From: Callorhinchus milii
Taxonomy: Eukaryota
Assembly: GCF_018977255.1 (NCBI RefSeq)
Contig: NW_024704742.1
Span: forward strand, 41,914,001 to 41,978,000
Direction of reading: 5' to 3'
Length of the DNA stretch: 64,000 bases
The position numbers and the translations under genes are program-made. The stretch's first letter is position 1, and every line of letters begins with the position of its first letter. Of this stretch, positions 1 through 11,289 are shown one piece after another. The notes beneath the pieces are model-generated. The model was not told where the DNA came from and did not search any database. It saw nothing but the letters and a program-made list of their open reading frames with translations.

Positions 1-292
1 TTGTTATTGGTCAGTGAGTCAGTGAATAGAGGGTATCGATGTAAGATAATTAACAAAGGAGCAAAGTAGGGATATAAATATTTTTTGCAGAGAGTTGTTA
101 GGATACAGTGGTCAAGGCAGAATCCATACTGATGTTCAAGAGGGAACCAGATAGATATCTAAAAATAAATAATTTGCAGGAGTATAGGGAAAAGGCGGTT
201 AAGTAATCTTGAATAAATTGCTCTTTCAAACAACCAGTGTAGATACAATGGACTGAATAGCCATCACTGTACTATAAATTTCTACGGTTCTC
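1..292 (+). mobile_element. CR1 LINE 3' end fragment (old)
   Basis: Degenerate match to the CR1 3' end seen elsewhere in the window (agagagttgttaggat...gatagatat...tatagggaaaagg...atggactgaatagcc...ttctacggttct). Confidence 0.7.
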
Positions 293-299
293 TATGGTC

Positions 300-575
300 C
301 AAGTCACCCATCAAGACTTGTGCTCATAATTTTGGGTGACAGTCAGTGTAGTAATGAAGAAACGATGCACTGTTGAGGTCCCATTCTTTGAATGAAATGC
401 TAAACCATGAACCCATATGATGGTACAAGTCAACATTTAAAATCACAAGTTCTTACTTTGAAGAACAGCATGAAATTGTGATGACCTGGCTAATATTTCT
501 CCTTCATACATCATGGTCATTCATTGCGGTTTGTGAAATATTGTAGATGCAGACTAACTGCTGTATGTGCCTAGG
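300..575 (+). mobile_element. Degenerate Deu-domain SINE
   Basis: Diverged Deu-like motifs tgcactgttgaggt...gaaatgctaaacc...ttgaagaacagca...ctggctaatatt, as in the better copies at 9086 and 27203. Confidence 0.55.
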
Positions 576-2279
576 CAAATCTGTGCAGTGTGATCCTCTG
601 TTGAGATTCAAACATTCTCAGATATAACAACAAAGGACATTTTCAGGAAAAGGTAATTTGGATTGACAAGCCTTCCTCCTTATTTTGTTTGTGCACACCT
701 GGTAATACAAAATTACACTGAAACCCTCTATACCTTCAAATGTGACACTCCTGACCTTTGGATATGAGAACATATCATTCTTTACTTGTTGTCATATTGA
801 CTGACCTTTGCTGGCATGTGCTATAATGGGATTTCTCAAAAATACCCATTCATTGCCAAAGTTTGTAAACCTACCAACAAGGGGAGAATAATCCTTTTCA
901 TGGTACGTTCTTTCACAACTCATCTTATAATAATAATAATCCTTGCCTTTGATGTTAGCATCTTTCACATCAAGAGGACATCTCAAAGTGCTTCACAACA
1001 TTTACTGTTTAAGTGAATGCTGCAGACAACTTATGCATTGCAATGTCCCAAAGGCAGCCATGAAGTGACTACCCAATTTTACTTGGAGGGTTGTTGGCCA
1101 GAAATTCCCTCAAATATACTTACGTATATAATAACACTGAACCTCACTAGCTCATTCAAAGCGCTGAGATGCCGTCCGGTGTGGAGGGCGCTATATAAAT
1201 CCAAGTTGTTGTTGTTGTCATTCATCAAATGGTCTGCTAATATCTCCAGTTAATCAATGAATGGGCTTTTCAGGAGGATATTATCAGATTGAACTTAATT
1301 TCTCAATCAATTAATTATTTTCAAATGAACACAGAAATCTATCCTAAAATTATACATATCTATTCTTTAAAATCTTGTCTTCATGAGAGTCTAACCTTTT
1401 CCAAGGCCTCTTGAGCTTTCAGTCCATTGTCAAGATTTATTGATTTTAATGTTATGAGAACAAATGGTTACAGCACCAAATTACATTAAACACTTTGCTG
1501 GATTAAATTGCGTGTGTGGAAAACAAAACTATTTAACAACAATGTAAAATACAACCCTGTAATACCCTATCAAACTGCTAGTGTCTGGACAGATAATTGC
1601 CCACAATCAAGACACACACAGTTATTAATAGAAGTCACCACACACTATTATAGTAGTAAGCATTAGACAAGTCTAAAATATAAAGTTACTACCTTTGCTA
1701 TCATAATGGAGGGGAAACGCAGTCACGGCTTTGTAATTAAACAAGCGCCCCACGATAATGCTCCTCTAATTTAACATTAACTTTCCAAAGGTATCTGAAT
1801 TCATCTGATCCAGACCAGTTCACACCAGAGTCCGCCTCACTCAGGCCAGAAACCAGGAGGAAAAAGTTGCAACCACAAAAAGAGCCTCGGAAGAATGAGG
1901 CCAGTCTGTAATCAAAATGGAACCAGGCATAACAGAATCTGTCTCCTGTTGAAACAAGTTAGGGGTCTACTCTGGAGGATCTGTATGAAAAGATCCCTGA
2001 AAACAAGATTTAACAGGAGCACTGCTCAGAATTCTATTGTAGTTGTATCTGTTTGTCTGGTCTGGGAATCTCAGATATATGGAACACTGAAGGTGCCTAG
2101 AGCAGAACAGCTGGGGTGGATGTTGCCAGAATCTTAGCAGGGGAGCAATATAAAACCTTCCCCATTCCCCAAAGGATACATGTTACTGCACCTGTGGTAT
2201 TGCATTCATGAGAAAAAGGGCACTCTGATTCCAGCACCACTGGTACACTGTTTATGCCATGGTTTAAGTAATCGCTCAC

Positions 2280-2420
2280 ATAATTATAAAAAGTTTACAG
2301 CACAGAAGGACGCGATTGGAGGCCACTGGGTCCTTTCTGGCTGTTCTCTTCCACAGAGGAGCAATATACTCTAATCCCACCCCCTGTTTTTTCCCTATAC
2401 CCTTTTAAAAATATTAATAA
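2280..2420 (-). mobile_element. CR1 3' tail fragment
   Basis: acagcacagaagga...ggccact...ctaatcccacccc...tttccctataccc, the reverse complement of a CR1 3' end. Confidence 0.55.
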
Positions 2421-3036
2421 TTGTTTTATTACCTGTTAATTGTATGTATGGACAAGCCCTGCACATCAAGCCATTGCATTACACAGGCTGGTTTTGTACA
2501 TCTCACTACAATAAAATGGGAAATTATTTTGGAATCCACCTGATGATCAATTAAAGTATTACTTATAGATTACTAGATCTCTGGCATTCATTGGACTTCT
2601 CCACTGAAACAGTCCACACATTAAGGCCAATGAATATTTCTCACTAACAAAAATTATAAAGACCTTTACATAGAATTTATTCCCCACAACAATTAAAATA
2701 ATGTGATACTCCCATGAGTCACATTTTACATGACGATATACAATATACACTTAATTCATAACCATAAACGGTCTACAGAACCCAAGTAGTGATCATAACA
2801 TGATGAGGTGTTATGCGCCATAGTAAACATCTCATGAAATAGCATACAAGCTGCTGAAACATGTCCACAGTGAATCTCTGGAATAACCATATCTCTCATA
2901 AGCAGTGTAATGACTAGTCACTATCTCAGTGCCTCTCCGCCACATTATCTGGCAACAGTTCTATTCTGTGTAAACAGTACCGCCATTAATCACTGTCATT
3001 CACTAGCTGAATTCTATCATCTATAAATATAATTTA

Positions 3037-3161
3037 AAGGGATAAAGGGATATCGGGATAAGGCGGGTAAGTGGAGTTAGAATAGATCAGCCATGATCTT
3101 ATTGAATGGTGGGGCAGGCTCGAGGGGGCAAATGGCCTACACCTGCTCCTAATTCTTATGT
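3037..3161 (+). mobile_element. Short, young CR1 3' end (heavily 5'-truncated)
   Basis: Near-identical to the reverse complement of 3853-3975 (agatcagccatgatcttattgaatgg...gcaggctcgagggg...aatggcctac.cctgctcctaattc). Confidence 0.9.
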
Positions 3162-3296
3162 AATCTGCGCATCAGCTATTCGTTCTCTCAAATAGGTTTT
3201 CTGTCCCAAATTTTTAGGGCTCTGTGGTTCTGTGCCACAAAGTTGAAAATGAGACACCTGGAAGCAGTCTCCTGTTGAAAATTACACTCTATTGGT

Positions 3297-3666
3297 AATA
3301 ATAATCCTTGCATTTGATATAGTGCCTTATCACGTCTTCTGGACATCTCAAAATGCTTCAAAAATATACTGTAAGTAAATTGACTGTATATTTTGTGGGC
3401 GAAACATGGCAGCCAATTGCGCACAGCAGTGTCCTACAAACAGTCATGGATTGAGGTGACCAATTTCTTATTATTAATTTTTTGGGGCAATTATTACCCC
3501 CGGAAAAGCAATCTGCCAATTGACTAGTAACTGGGTTCCTACTTACTGCTAGGTAAATGGAGGCGTGTGGAGTAAGGAAACTTGCCCAACATTTTGGCCT
3601 GCCGTGAATCGAACCCAAGTCTCTCGCTTGCGAGGCGAGCACTCTAACCATTGAGCTACAGGACTC
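3297..3666 (-). mobile_element. tRNA-Ala-derived SINE, long form with full CORE-like module
   Basis: Minus-strand head gagtcctgtagctcaatggttagagtgctcgcctcgcaagcgagag (A/B boxes), body with tttacctagcagtaagtagg, Deu-like 3' part, L2-type tail and (TTA)n end. Confidence 0.9.
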
Positions 3667-3844
3667 ACATACTACCAAAGGTCATCATGTTTGTTGTTAA
3701 TCTGAGTCTGGCATTCTAACCATTTCTAATTACATTTACTGTATTGAAATTAACAGTATTTATGAATTGCAGATTTGGCCTACAAAATTCTTAGACACTA
3801 CACTTTACAGTAAATTCTGCAAAGCATTTTGAGACATTCTCCTG

Positions 3845-5952
3845 ACATAGGAACATAGGAATTAGGAGCAGGAGTAGGCCATTCGGCCCCTCGAGCCTGC
3901 CCCGCCATTCAATAAGATCATGGCTGATCTTCTAACCTAACTCCATCTGCCTGCCTTATCCCCATATCCCTTAATTACTCTCTCCTTTAGAAATCTATCA
4001 ATTTTAGAAATTTTAGAAATCTTGCGTATGTTGAAGGACTGAGCATCCACAGCCTTCTGGGGTAGAGAATTCCATAAATTCACTACCCTTTGAGTGAAGA
4101 AGTGTTTCCTCAACTCTGTTCGAAAGGGCTGTCCCTTAATCTTAAGACTGTGACCCCTAGTTCTAGATTCTCCTACCAGGGAAAACAGTCTCACACTGTC
4201 AAGCCCCATAAGAATCTTATATGTTTCTAAAAGATCACCCTCTAATTCTTCTATATTCTAGAGAATATAGGCCTAGTTTACTCAACCTGTCCTCAAAGGT
4301 CAACCCCCTCATCCCAGGAACTAACCTAGTGAATCTACGCTACACCCCCTCTAAGGCAAGTATGTCCTTTCTTAAATAAGGAGACCAAAACCGCATACAA
4401 TATTCTAGGTGCGGTCTCACCAAGTCCCTATATAGTTGCAGCAACACTTCCCTACTCTTGTATTCTAACCTGTTTGCAATAAACACCAACATGCCAGTAG
4501 CCTTCCTAGTTGCTTGCTGTACCTGCGTACTAACTTTTCGTGACTGGTGTATAAGGATACCCAAATCCCTCTGAATACTAGTCTCTCCTCTTCTAGAAAA
4601 TAATCTGCGTTGCTGTTTTTATTACCTAGGTGAATAAATTCACACTTCCCCACATTATATTCCATCTGCCACCTTCTTGCCCACTCACCTAGCCTATCTG
4701 TATCCCTTTGCAATTTTTTTTTTGTGTCATCCTCAGAGCTTACTCTTCCACCTAGCTTAGTATCATCCGCAAATTTAGATATTTTAAGTTCTATGTTCTC
4801 ATCTAGATCATTGATATAGATTGTAAATAGTTGAGGCCCAAGCACTGATCCTTGTGGCACTCCACTCATCGCATCCTGCCAATCTGAGAAGGACCCGTTT
4901 ATCCCTATTTCCTGTTTTCTTCCCATTAGCTATTCTTCGATCCATATTAATATTGCCTTTAATTCCATGGGCCCTAATCTTGTGTAACAGCCTTTTATGT
5001 GGCACCTTGTCAAATGCCTTCTGAAAATTTAAATATACTACACCTACTGGTTCCCCTCTATCTAACCTGCTAGTTACATCCCCAAAAAACTCTAAAAGAT
5101 TTGTTAAGCATGACTTCCCTTTTGTAAAGCCATGTTGACTCTGCTTAATCATGTTACGGTCTTCTAAGTATCCCACTACGATGTCCCTAATTAAGGATTC
5201 TAGAATTTTTCATACCACCGATGTCAGACTGACTGGTCTATAGTTCCCCATTTTCTCTCTCCCACCTTTCTTAAGTAGCGGTGTTACGTTTGCGATCTTC
5301 CAATCAATGGGAACCATTCCAGAATCCAGAGAATTTTGGAAGATCAAAAACAAGTCATCCACTATCTCAGCAGTCACCTCTTTTAAAACCCTAGGATGCA
5401 GGCCATCAGGTCCAGGGGAATTGTTGTTTTTCAATCCGAACAGTTTCCCTAGTACTAGCACTGATGTTAATTTCCCTAAATTGCTCACTAAGATTAGCTT
5501 CTTGGTTCCCCTCTATCTTTGGTAAGTTTTCAGTGTCTTCCAATGTAAAGACAGAAGCAAAGTATTTGTTTAATGACTCTGCCATATCTTTATCCCTCAT
5601 TATAATTCCTCCTGTCTCTGCCTGTAATGGACCCACATTCACTTTTGCTAGTCTCTTCCTTTTTATGTATTTGTAAAAACTCTTGCAGACTGTCTTTATG
5701 TTCCTAGCTTTCATAATCCATTTTCTCTCTCCTAATCAGTTTCTTAGTTTTTCTTTGTTGATCTCTGAAGCCCTCCCAATCCTTGGGTTTACTGCTCTTC
5801 TTGGCAGTATTATAGGTCTCTTCTTTTAATTTTATACTTTCCCTAACTGCTCCAGTTAGCCATGGTTGAACCACTTTTCCCGTGGTATTTTTATTCCTCA
5901 TGGGAATATATGATCGCTGGGAATTATGGACTATATATTTAAAGGTTTGCAA
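3845..5952 (-). mobile_element. 5'-truncated CR1 LINE; frameshifted ORF2 (linker, reverse transcriptase, C-terminus) and 3' UTR
   Basis: Consecutive minus-strand ORFs give SPGPDGLHPRVLKE, DWKIANVTPLLKKG..GNYRPVSLTS, QHGF..GKSCLTNLLEFF, YLNFQKAFDKVPHKRL, GVPQGSVLGP.LF.IYINDL, FADD, LVRPHLEYC, TRGHSLK and FFTQRVVNLWNSLP. The short repeat tail acataggaacatagg is at 3845. Confidence 0.97.
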
Positions 5953-6339
5953 CTTAAAGAGTGCTATATCATTTGTAAGAATTGTTATTTATGAATAGAA
6001 TAAAAGTAACTTCCAAACAATAAAGCTACCATTGTCTGAACAGATCACCAGTCATGAACATAAAACCATTAGCATAACACACAATGCTTTAAGATTTTGC
6101 TTGAATAATTTTCCAAACATATAAAGCAGATTCAGGCCAACTTAATCCTTGTATCAGGGCATTTGGGCTGATTTAAATCTAGTAGTAACACATTTTCGGA
6201 GTAAAAAATTGCATGTCCCAAATATTCCCCAATACAATGCTTATTGCTACTCTGTTTAATACAATACTCAAATAAGTTCAGAATTGAATGTGCAACAAGA
6301 GTTAATATTATCTACTTGCATTTTTCTTTCTGTTTGCAC

Positions 6340-6555
6340 AATTTACTTCCCTCCGGCTCACCTGAAGACAGTTCTTCTTGCAGGGATGATACTCTGTTGG
6401 CACCAGGTTTCTTGCTTAAGGGGTCATTATTCGTGTGTGAGCTTACATAAAAAGAACCGGCAGGTGATTCCACCATGGGGGACATTATAATTGAGCCCAA
6501 TCCTGTCCTCACCCAATAACCACGCACAGGCACCTTCACACCATCAGGTGATCCC
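6340..6555 (-). repeat. Old unnamed SINE-like dispersed repeat (family A)
   Basis: Shares tgtgtgagc...gagcccaatcctgtcctcaccc with the copies at 45725 and 60465, and reverse-complemented with 58990 and 16895. Confidence 0.55.
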
Positions 6556-6559
6556 TGTT

Positions 6560-6830
6560 GCTCTTTTTACTTAGAAACTCAGTGCAACAACAAGAGAACA
6601 CACTAGTCATAACACAATAGAAATAAGTTTCTCCCAGTGTCCTGCCAACAATCCTCCAAATACAATTGATCATTAACCCCATGTTGGTTGGGGGACATTG
6701 TTGTGTGCAAATTATCTTGCCTACAAAATAAGCAGTCACTCCACTTTACAGTATATCCTGGAAAGCACTTTAAGATATCTCAAATCTGTGATACGTTTCT
6801 ACATCAAATGCAAGAATTATTATGATTAAA
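6560..6830 (+). mobile_element. Deu-domain SINE, 3' half
   Basis: ctcccagtgtcctgccaacaatcc...gggacattgttgtgtgcaaatt...cctacaaaat...atcaaatgcaagaattattat. Confidence 0.7.
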
Positions 6831-7112
6831 ATATTATGATGCAAGTCAGCAGAAGGAAATGAAATAATTCACAAGGTCCACAGTGAAAATACAAAATGTT
6901 GTTGAAAGACAATTGGAAAGATGTTTCAGATTTAATTGACATTATCCACTTGCTATAAACAGCAACTAGGAGATATATCCAGATCTCCAATTTGTGTCTC
7001 TAAATAATGGTGATGTTTAGTTATAAGAAATTGCAGGAACAAATGTGCAACCTTCAACTTTATGCTACACCCCATTGAAGGTTCAATGTGCCTCTGCAGC
7101 AGCCCATCTCAT

Positions 7113-7430
7113 GGAGTCCTGTAGCTCAGTGGTTAGAGCACTCGCTTTGCAAGTGAGAGACCTGAGTTCAATTCCAGGCAGGGCGAAACCTTGGGCAAGT
7201 TTCCTTACTCTACACGCCTAATAATAATCCCTCCAAAACCAAAAACAATAATAAATTTATCATTTTTGATCTACGACTGTTTGTGGGACATTGCTGTGCG
7301 CAATTTGCTGCCGTGTTTGCCCACAAATATACAGTCAATTCATTTTACAGTGTGTTCTGTGAAGCGCTTTGGGACATCCTCCCGACATGAAAAGCGCTAT
7401 ATCTAATGCAAGGATTATTATTATTGTTAT
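7113..7430 (+). mobile_element. Young tRNA-Ala-derived SINE (short form)
   Basis: Head ggagtcctgtagctcagtggttagagcactcgctttgcaag. Nearly identical to the copies at 10279 and 39874. L2-like tail and (TTA)n end. Confidence 0.95.
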
Positions 7431-8379
7431 CATGAACATCTTTAATTAACAATTATGTGTAATGTATCAATAGGCTCATTCACTCTTTAAACCACAATCA
7501 TGAAAATCCATATCTGGGAAACAAATTACAATAGAGTCTGACATACCTTGTTTTGTTTGTTCTGCACCAAAAATTCAAAAATAAAGGGCCAGAAAGAAAA
7601 ATGATCGGCCATGGGGAGATGCCACTTCACTCTCTGCCTTTTTTCCCCACTTTGTTGACTGCCAGAAATTGCCACCCTGAATCCATCAATTTAGGCCAAC
7701 TAGGAATGCTCAAATTAGCACTTTCCATCATTAGCGCCTCTTTTTTGTGACTAATTACACTTAAGTGTGTTTTAAACCCAGCTGAAAAAATGCTCGCTAC
7801 TTCGCAAGTGTGAACTGTTTTCAATAATAATCCTTATGTTTTGATAGGATTATTATCTTTATGGTTTCTCTGAGTGAGATTAACCGTTTTGTTCAAATCT
7901 GAGTCAGAATTGTGAGTTATTTTATGCTTTGGGCCACATCTAACAGGAAGTTGAAATATAAAGGAAGATCTTGGAGTTTATTTATAAAGAAAATCTAAGT
8001 ATACCATATGGAGTAAAGCTGACTTGAAATGTTAGAATGAAGGAGTTAACATGATGTTATAAGCAATGACAGCACATCATAATTATAAAGTCACCTGAAC
8101 CCGTAGATACTGTTACAGGCTTGCACAAAATGAGTGAAGGCAGCTGTCATTATTTATAGCAGGCACAACTTGTTTTCTATGTGATAAGTGAAATTGAAAT
8201 CATCTTTAATTGTGCTTGTGGTTTGGATTCAGCTTCAAAGGATCTGAATTACAAATACAAGGGCTAAAATCAAGGTTTAAGACTACATTAATGATTAATT
8301 AAGTGATTATTATTATTACATCTTCTCTGGTTTGTTGGAGACACACTGTTCGAGAGCAAATGGTGACAGTTCTTATATG

Positions 8380-8840
8380 CATTCCATTGCAGTGTTGAGG
8401 GAGTCCTGCATTGTTGGAAGTGCCGTCTTTCAGCTGAGACATTAACATTGTGGGCGAAATGCGGCAGCACTGTCCCACAAATAGTTGTGGATTGAGTGAC
8501 CACATTTTTTTTGAAGGAATCAAACCCAGGTCCTCGAGCTTGCAAGGTGAGCGCTCCAACCACTAAGCTACATTAAGCCAAAGTACTGTTTACCTGCTTA
8601 GGTTGATCATAAAGATCCACATGGCACTATTTGGAAAGAGTGTTTCTCCCAGTGTTCTGGCCAACAATCCCCAGATAAAATCGATCACTCACTTCATGAT
8701 GTTTGTGGGACATTGCCGTGTACAAATTGGCTGTTGTATTTGCCAACAAATATGCAGTCGCTAAACTTCATAGTAAAATCCTGTGAAATGTTTTGAGACG
8801 TCTCAACAGCATGATGTATATCAAATGCAAGGGTTATTAT
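8380..8840 (+). mobile_element. Deu-domain SINE interrupted by an inverted tRNA-SINE fragment (about 8446-8571)
   Basis: Deu 5' motif ttgcagtgttgagggagtcctgcattgttggaagtgccgtctttc.gctgagacattaa resumes at cctgcttaggttga...aaagatccacatggcactatt after a minus-strand SINE piece. Confidence 0.75.
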
Positions 8841-9085
8841 TACATTCCCTTCGTAGAATCGTACAGATTGCAGCATAGCGAGAAGTCATTCAGCCTACCA
8901 CATCAATGCTACGCTTGGCTCCTGCATTCTTTTGAGCTTTGAAATTCCATCTAATCAGCCAATAAGACATTTTTGTTTGAAATTTAAGATGGTGTGGAAT
9001 TGTGGAAAATTCATAAATTTAGTCTGATTAGGGAAGCCAGTTTTCTGCAATTGTTAAAAAAGAATTGCAATCTTAAAATCTAAGT

Positions 9086-9510
9086 TTGGCTCAGGTGGTA
9101 GAACTCTCACACAAATTCAGTAAGTTTGGATTCAAGCTCCTGGTACGGACTTTGAACTTAGATTCTACGCTGACACTCCAATGCATTGCTGGGGGAGCGT
9201 TGCATTGTTGGAGATGCCATCCTTCATATGAGGTGCTAAACCGAGGTCCTATCTGCCTGTTCAAGTGGACTTTAAAGATCCCGTGCCACTATCCAAAAAG
9301 AGAAGGAATTTTTCCAAGCATCCTGGCCAACAATCCCCAAATAATATTGCTTATTCACTTCATCGCTATTTGTGCGACATTTCTGTGTGCAAATTGACAG
9401 CCCCATTCAACTACAAATACACAATCAATGCACTTTACAGTAAAATCGTGTGAAGCACTTTGAGAGGATCTCCCAGTGTGAAAGGTGCTATAAATATAAG
9501 GATTATTTTT
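9086..9510 (+). mobile_element. Deu-domain SINE, near full length
   Basis: Pol III-like head (ggctcaggtggtag...ggattcaagctcc), Deu motif gcgttgcattgttggagatgccatccttc...gtgctaaaccgaggtcc...aagatcccgtgccactat, and L2-like tail. Confidence 0.85.
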
Positions 9511-10278
9511 ACACACAAGCTAAGACGAGGTGGAATTGCATCCTGAAACAACAGAGATGTTTCTTTAGTTTCCAGTCCTGGCACTAAAGGTGGTTTGTCA
9601 CTGATAGCAACACTGCACAGTCCGCTGCCGCCTGGCTGAGCTGCCTAGAATGGAATACCATTTAGATTAGTGATTTGTTTGGATCAGTGATCTCATTATG
9701 ATAGACGGCCTTTAAGAAAAGTTCTGTTTGAAAACCTACTGATCAATTTTTTTTGTTCTGTTAAACATTAACCATTATAAAATTCTCAACAGAATGCAAT
9801 AATTGACATGTATGTTATCTCTTGACGTGGTTGGGTGCAAAATGCGCCTTTAATCTTTTGACGGCAGACTGGAAGATCACAACAGTGACCAAATCAAGAA
9901 AGAAACTATTAAATGTTAAAGGTAAGTAGTATAATGAGAAATCATCAAACCTTGCTAAATCCTGAGATCAGGCACAGCAGAGAGAGCAGACTGAATGCAT
10001 TCAACTTTACAATTCTTATTAATTTTCCCCCAGCTGCGTATATCTCAGACTATCTTTTCTAACAGCTTGTCCCTGTGGTTTAGATAAATTTACCGGTAAC
10101 TGGCACCAGCCATCGTATGAAACATGAAGATGTAATGGATTTTGCTTCAGGGATAAGCCAGCTGAATGAGGAACACATTACATTGCATCTCGTGTGCTAC
10201 AGTGTATTTGTTAGTGAGTTTACAGAATTGTTTTTAGCCATAGAGTCTGCACCACCTGCAACAGACCTTTAAATGAGT

Positions 10279-10590
10279 GGAGTCCTGTAGCTCAGTGGTT
10301 AGAGCACTCGCTTTGCAAGCGAGAACCTGAGTTCAATTCCAGGCAGGGCGAAACCTTGGGCAAGTTTCCTTACTCCACACGCCTAATAATAATCCCTCCA
10401 AAACCAAAAACAATAATAAATTGGTCATTTTCAATCTACGACTGTTTGTGGGACATTGCTGTGCGCAATTGGCTCCCGCGTTTGCCCACAAATATACAGT
10501 CAATTCACTTTACAGTGTGTTCTGTGAAGCGCTTTGGGACGTCCTCCCGACGTGAAAAGGGCTACATCAAATGCAAGGATTAATTAATTA
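10279..10590 (+). mobile_element. Young tRNA-Ala-derived SINE with target-site duplication
   Basis: Same family as 7113. Flanked by aaatgag at 10271-10277 and 10591-10597. Confidence 0.95.
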
Positions 10591-11289
10591 AAATGAGGAT
10601 TGATACAAATTATGTAAGTTATTAAGTTTAACACTGCTCTTTTGCAAATACCTTTGATAAGTTTGCTGATTAAAATTAAACCACACATACCAGTTTATTG
10701 TGAGGTTTAAAAAAGGAAACTGTAAACTCTTGTGGCTCACTAGCTGTGCTCTTTTGTACTATAATTCTTTTGATGCAATATTGCTACAGGTAAGATTCAT
10801 CTGTTTCCTCCTCAGCCGCCAACAAGCCAGCCAGAAGCTCAGAGCTCTTCAGATGTCATGGGTGACAGCAAGTCAAAATGATGACTGCTGCAAGAAATAC
10901 AAATAGGATCTGCCTTACCCATCATCAGAGATGTGGGTCAACATAATTTCACTCATCACCAAATGGTGTTTATGCTCAAATAGGTTTGTGGATGCTTTCT
11001 TCACCGAGCCACCTCAGAGGCCTGAAATTTCGTTTGATCTTAGTCTTAACACAATTGTCTAAATATTAATATTTATGCAGAATGGTAGAAAATTGTTAAA
11101 TTCTCTCTTAATTTTGAATCTGTATTTCTACTATTTTTTCTAAGAACCGAGTAACACCATCTTCCAAAACAAGGCTGAATTCAACTGTTTCCCAACATTC
11201 TGCACAATCTTAAATTTTAGGATAATGTCTTAGGTAAGGAACCTGAATAATTTCCAGTTTCAAATACTTGCCCTAAAGTGACAACCTAA

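Noticed and set aside
3937..5952. Functional reverse-transcriptase gene
   Set aside because: Multiple frameshifts and 5' truncation, with no endonuclease domain or promoter. This is a dead CR1 copy.
7113..7186. tRNA-Ala(TGC) gene, also at 10279 and 40120-40195
   Set aside because: D and anticodon arms are tRNA-like, but the T stem is mispaired and the sequence continues into a SINE body and tail in multiple copies. These are SINE heads.
7191..7406. Repeated small ORF MGKFPYSTRLIIIPPKPK (also 10356 and 39752) as a small-protein family
   Set aside because: The ORFs start at TTG inside SINE copies, so their similarity is explained by the repeat.
9868..9921. Possible exon between cag and gtaagt
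   Set aside because: One frame is open (WKITTVTKSRKKLLNVK) but resembles no protein I recognise, and no compatible neighbouring exons were found. It would need RNA-seq support.
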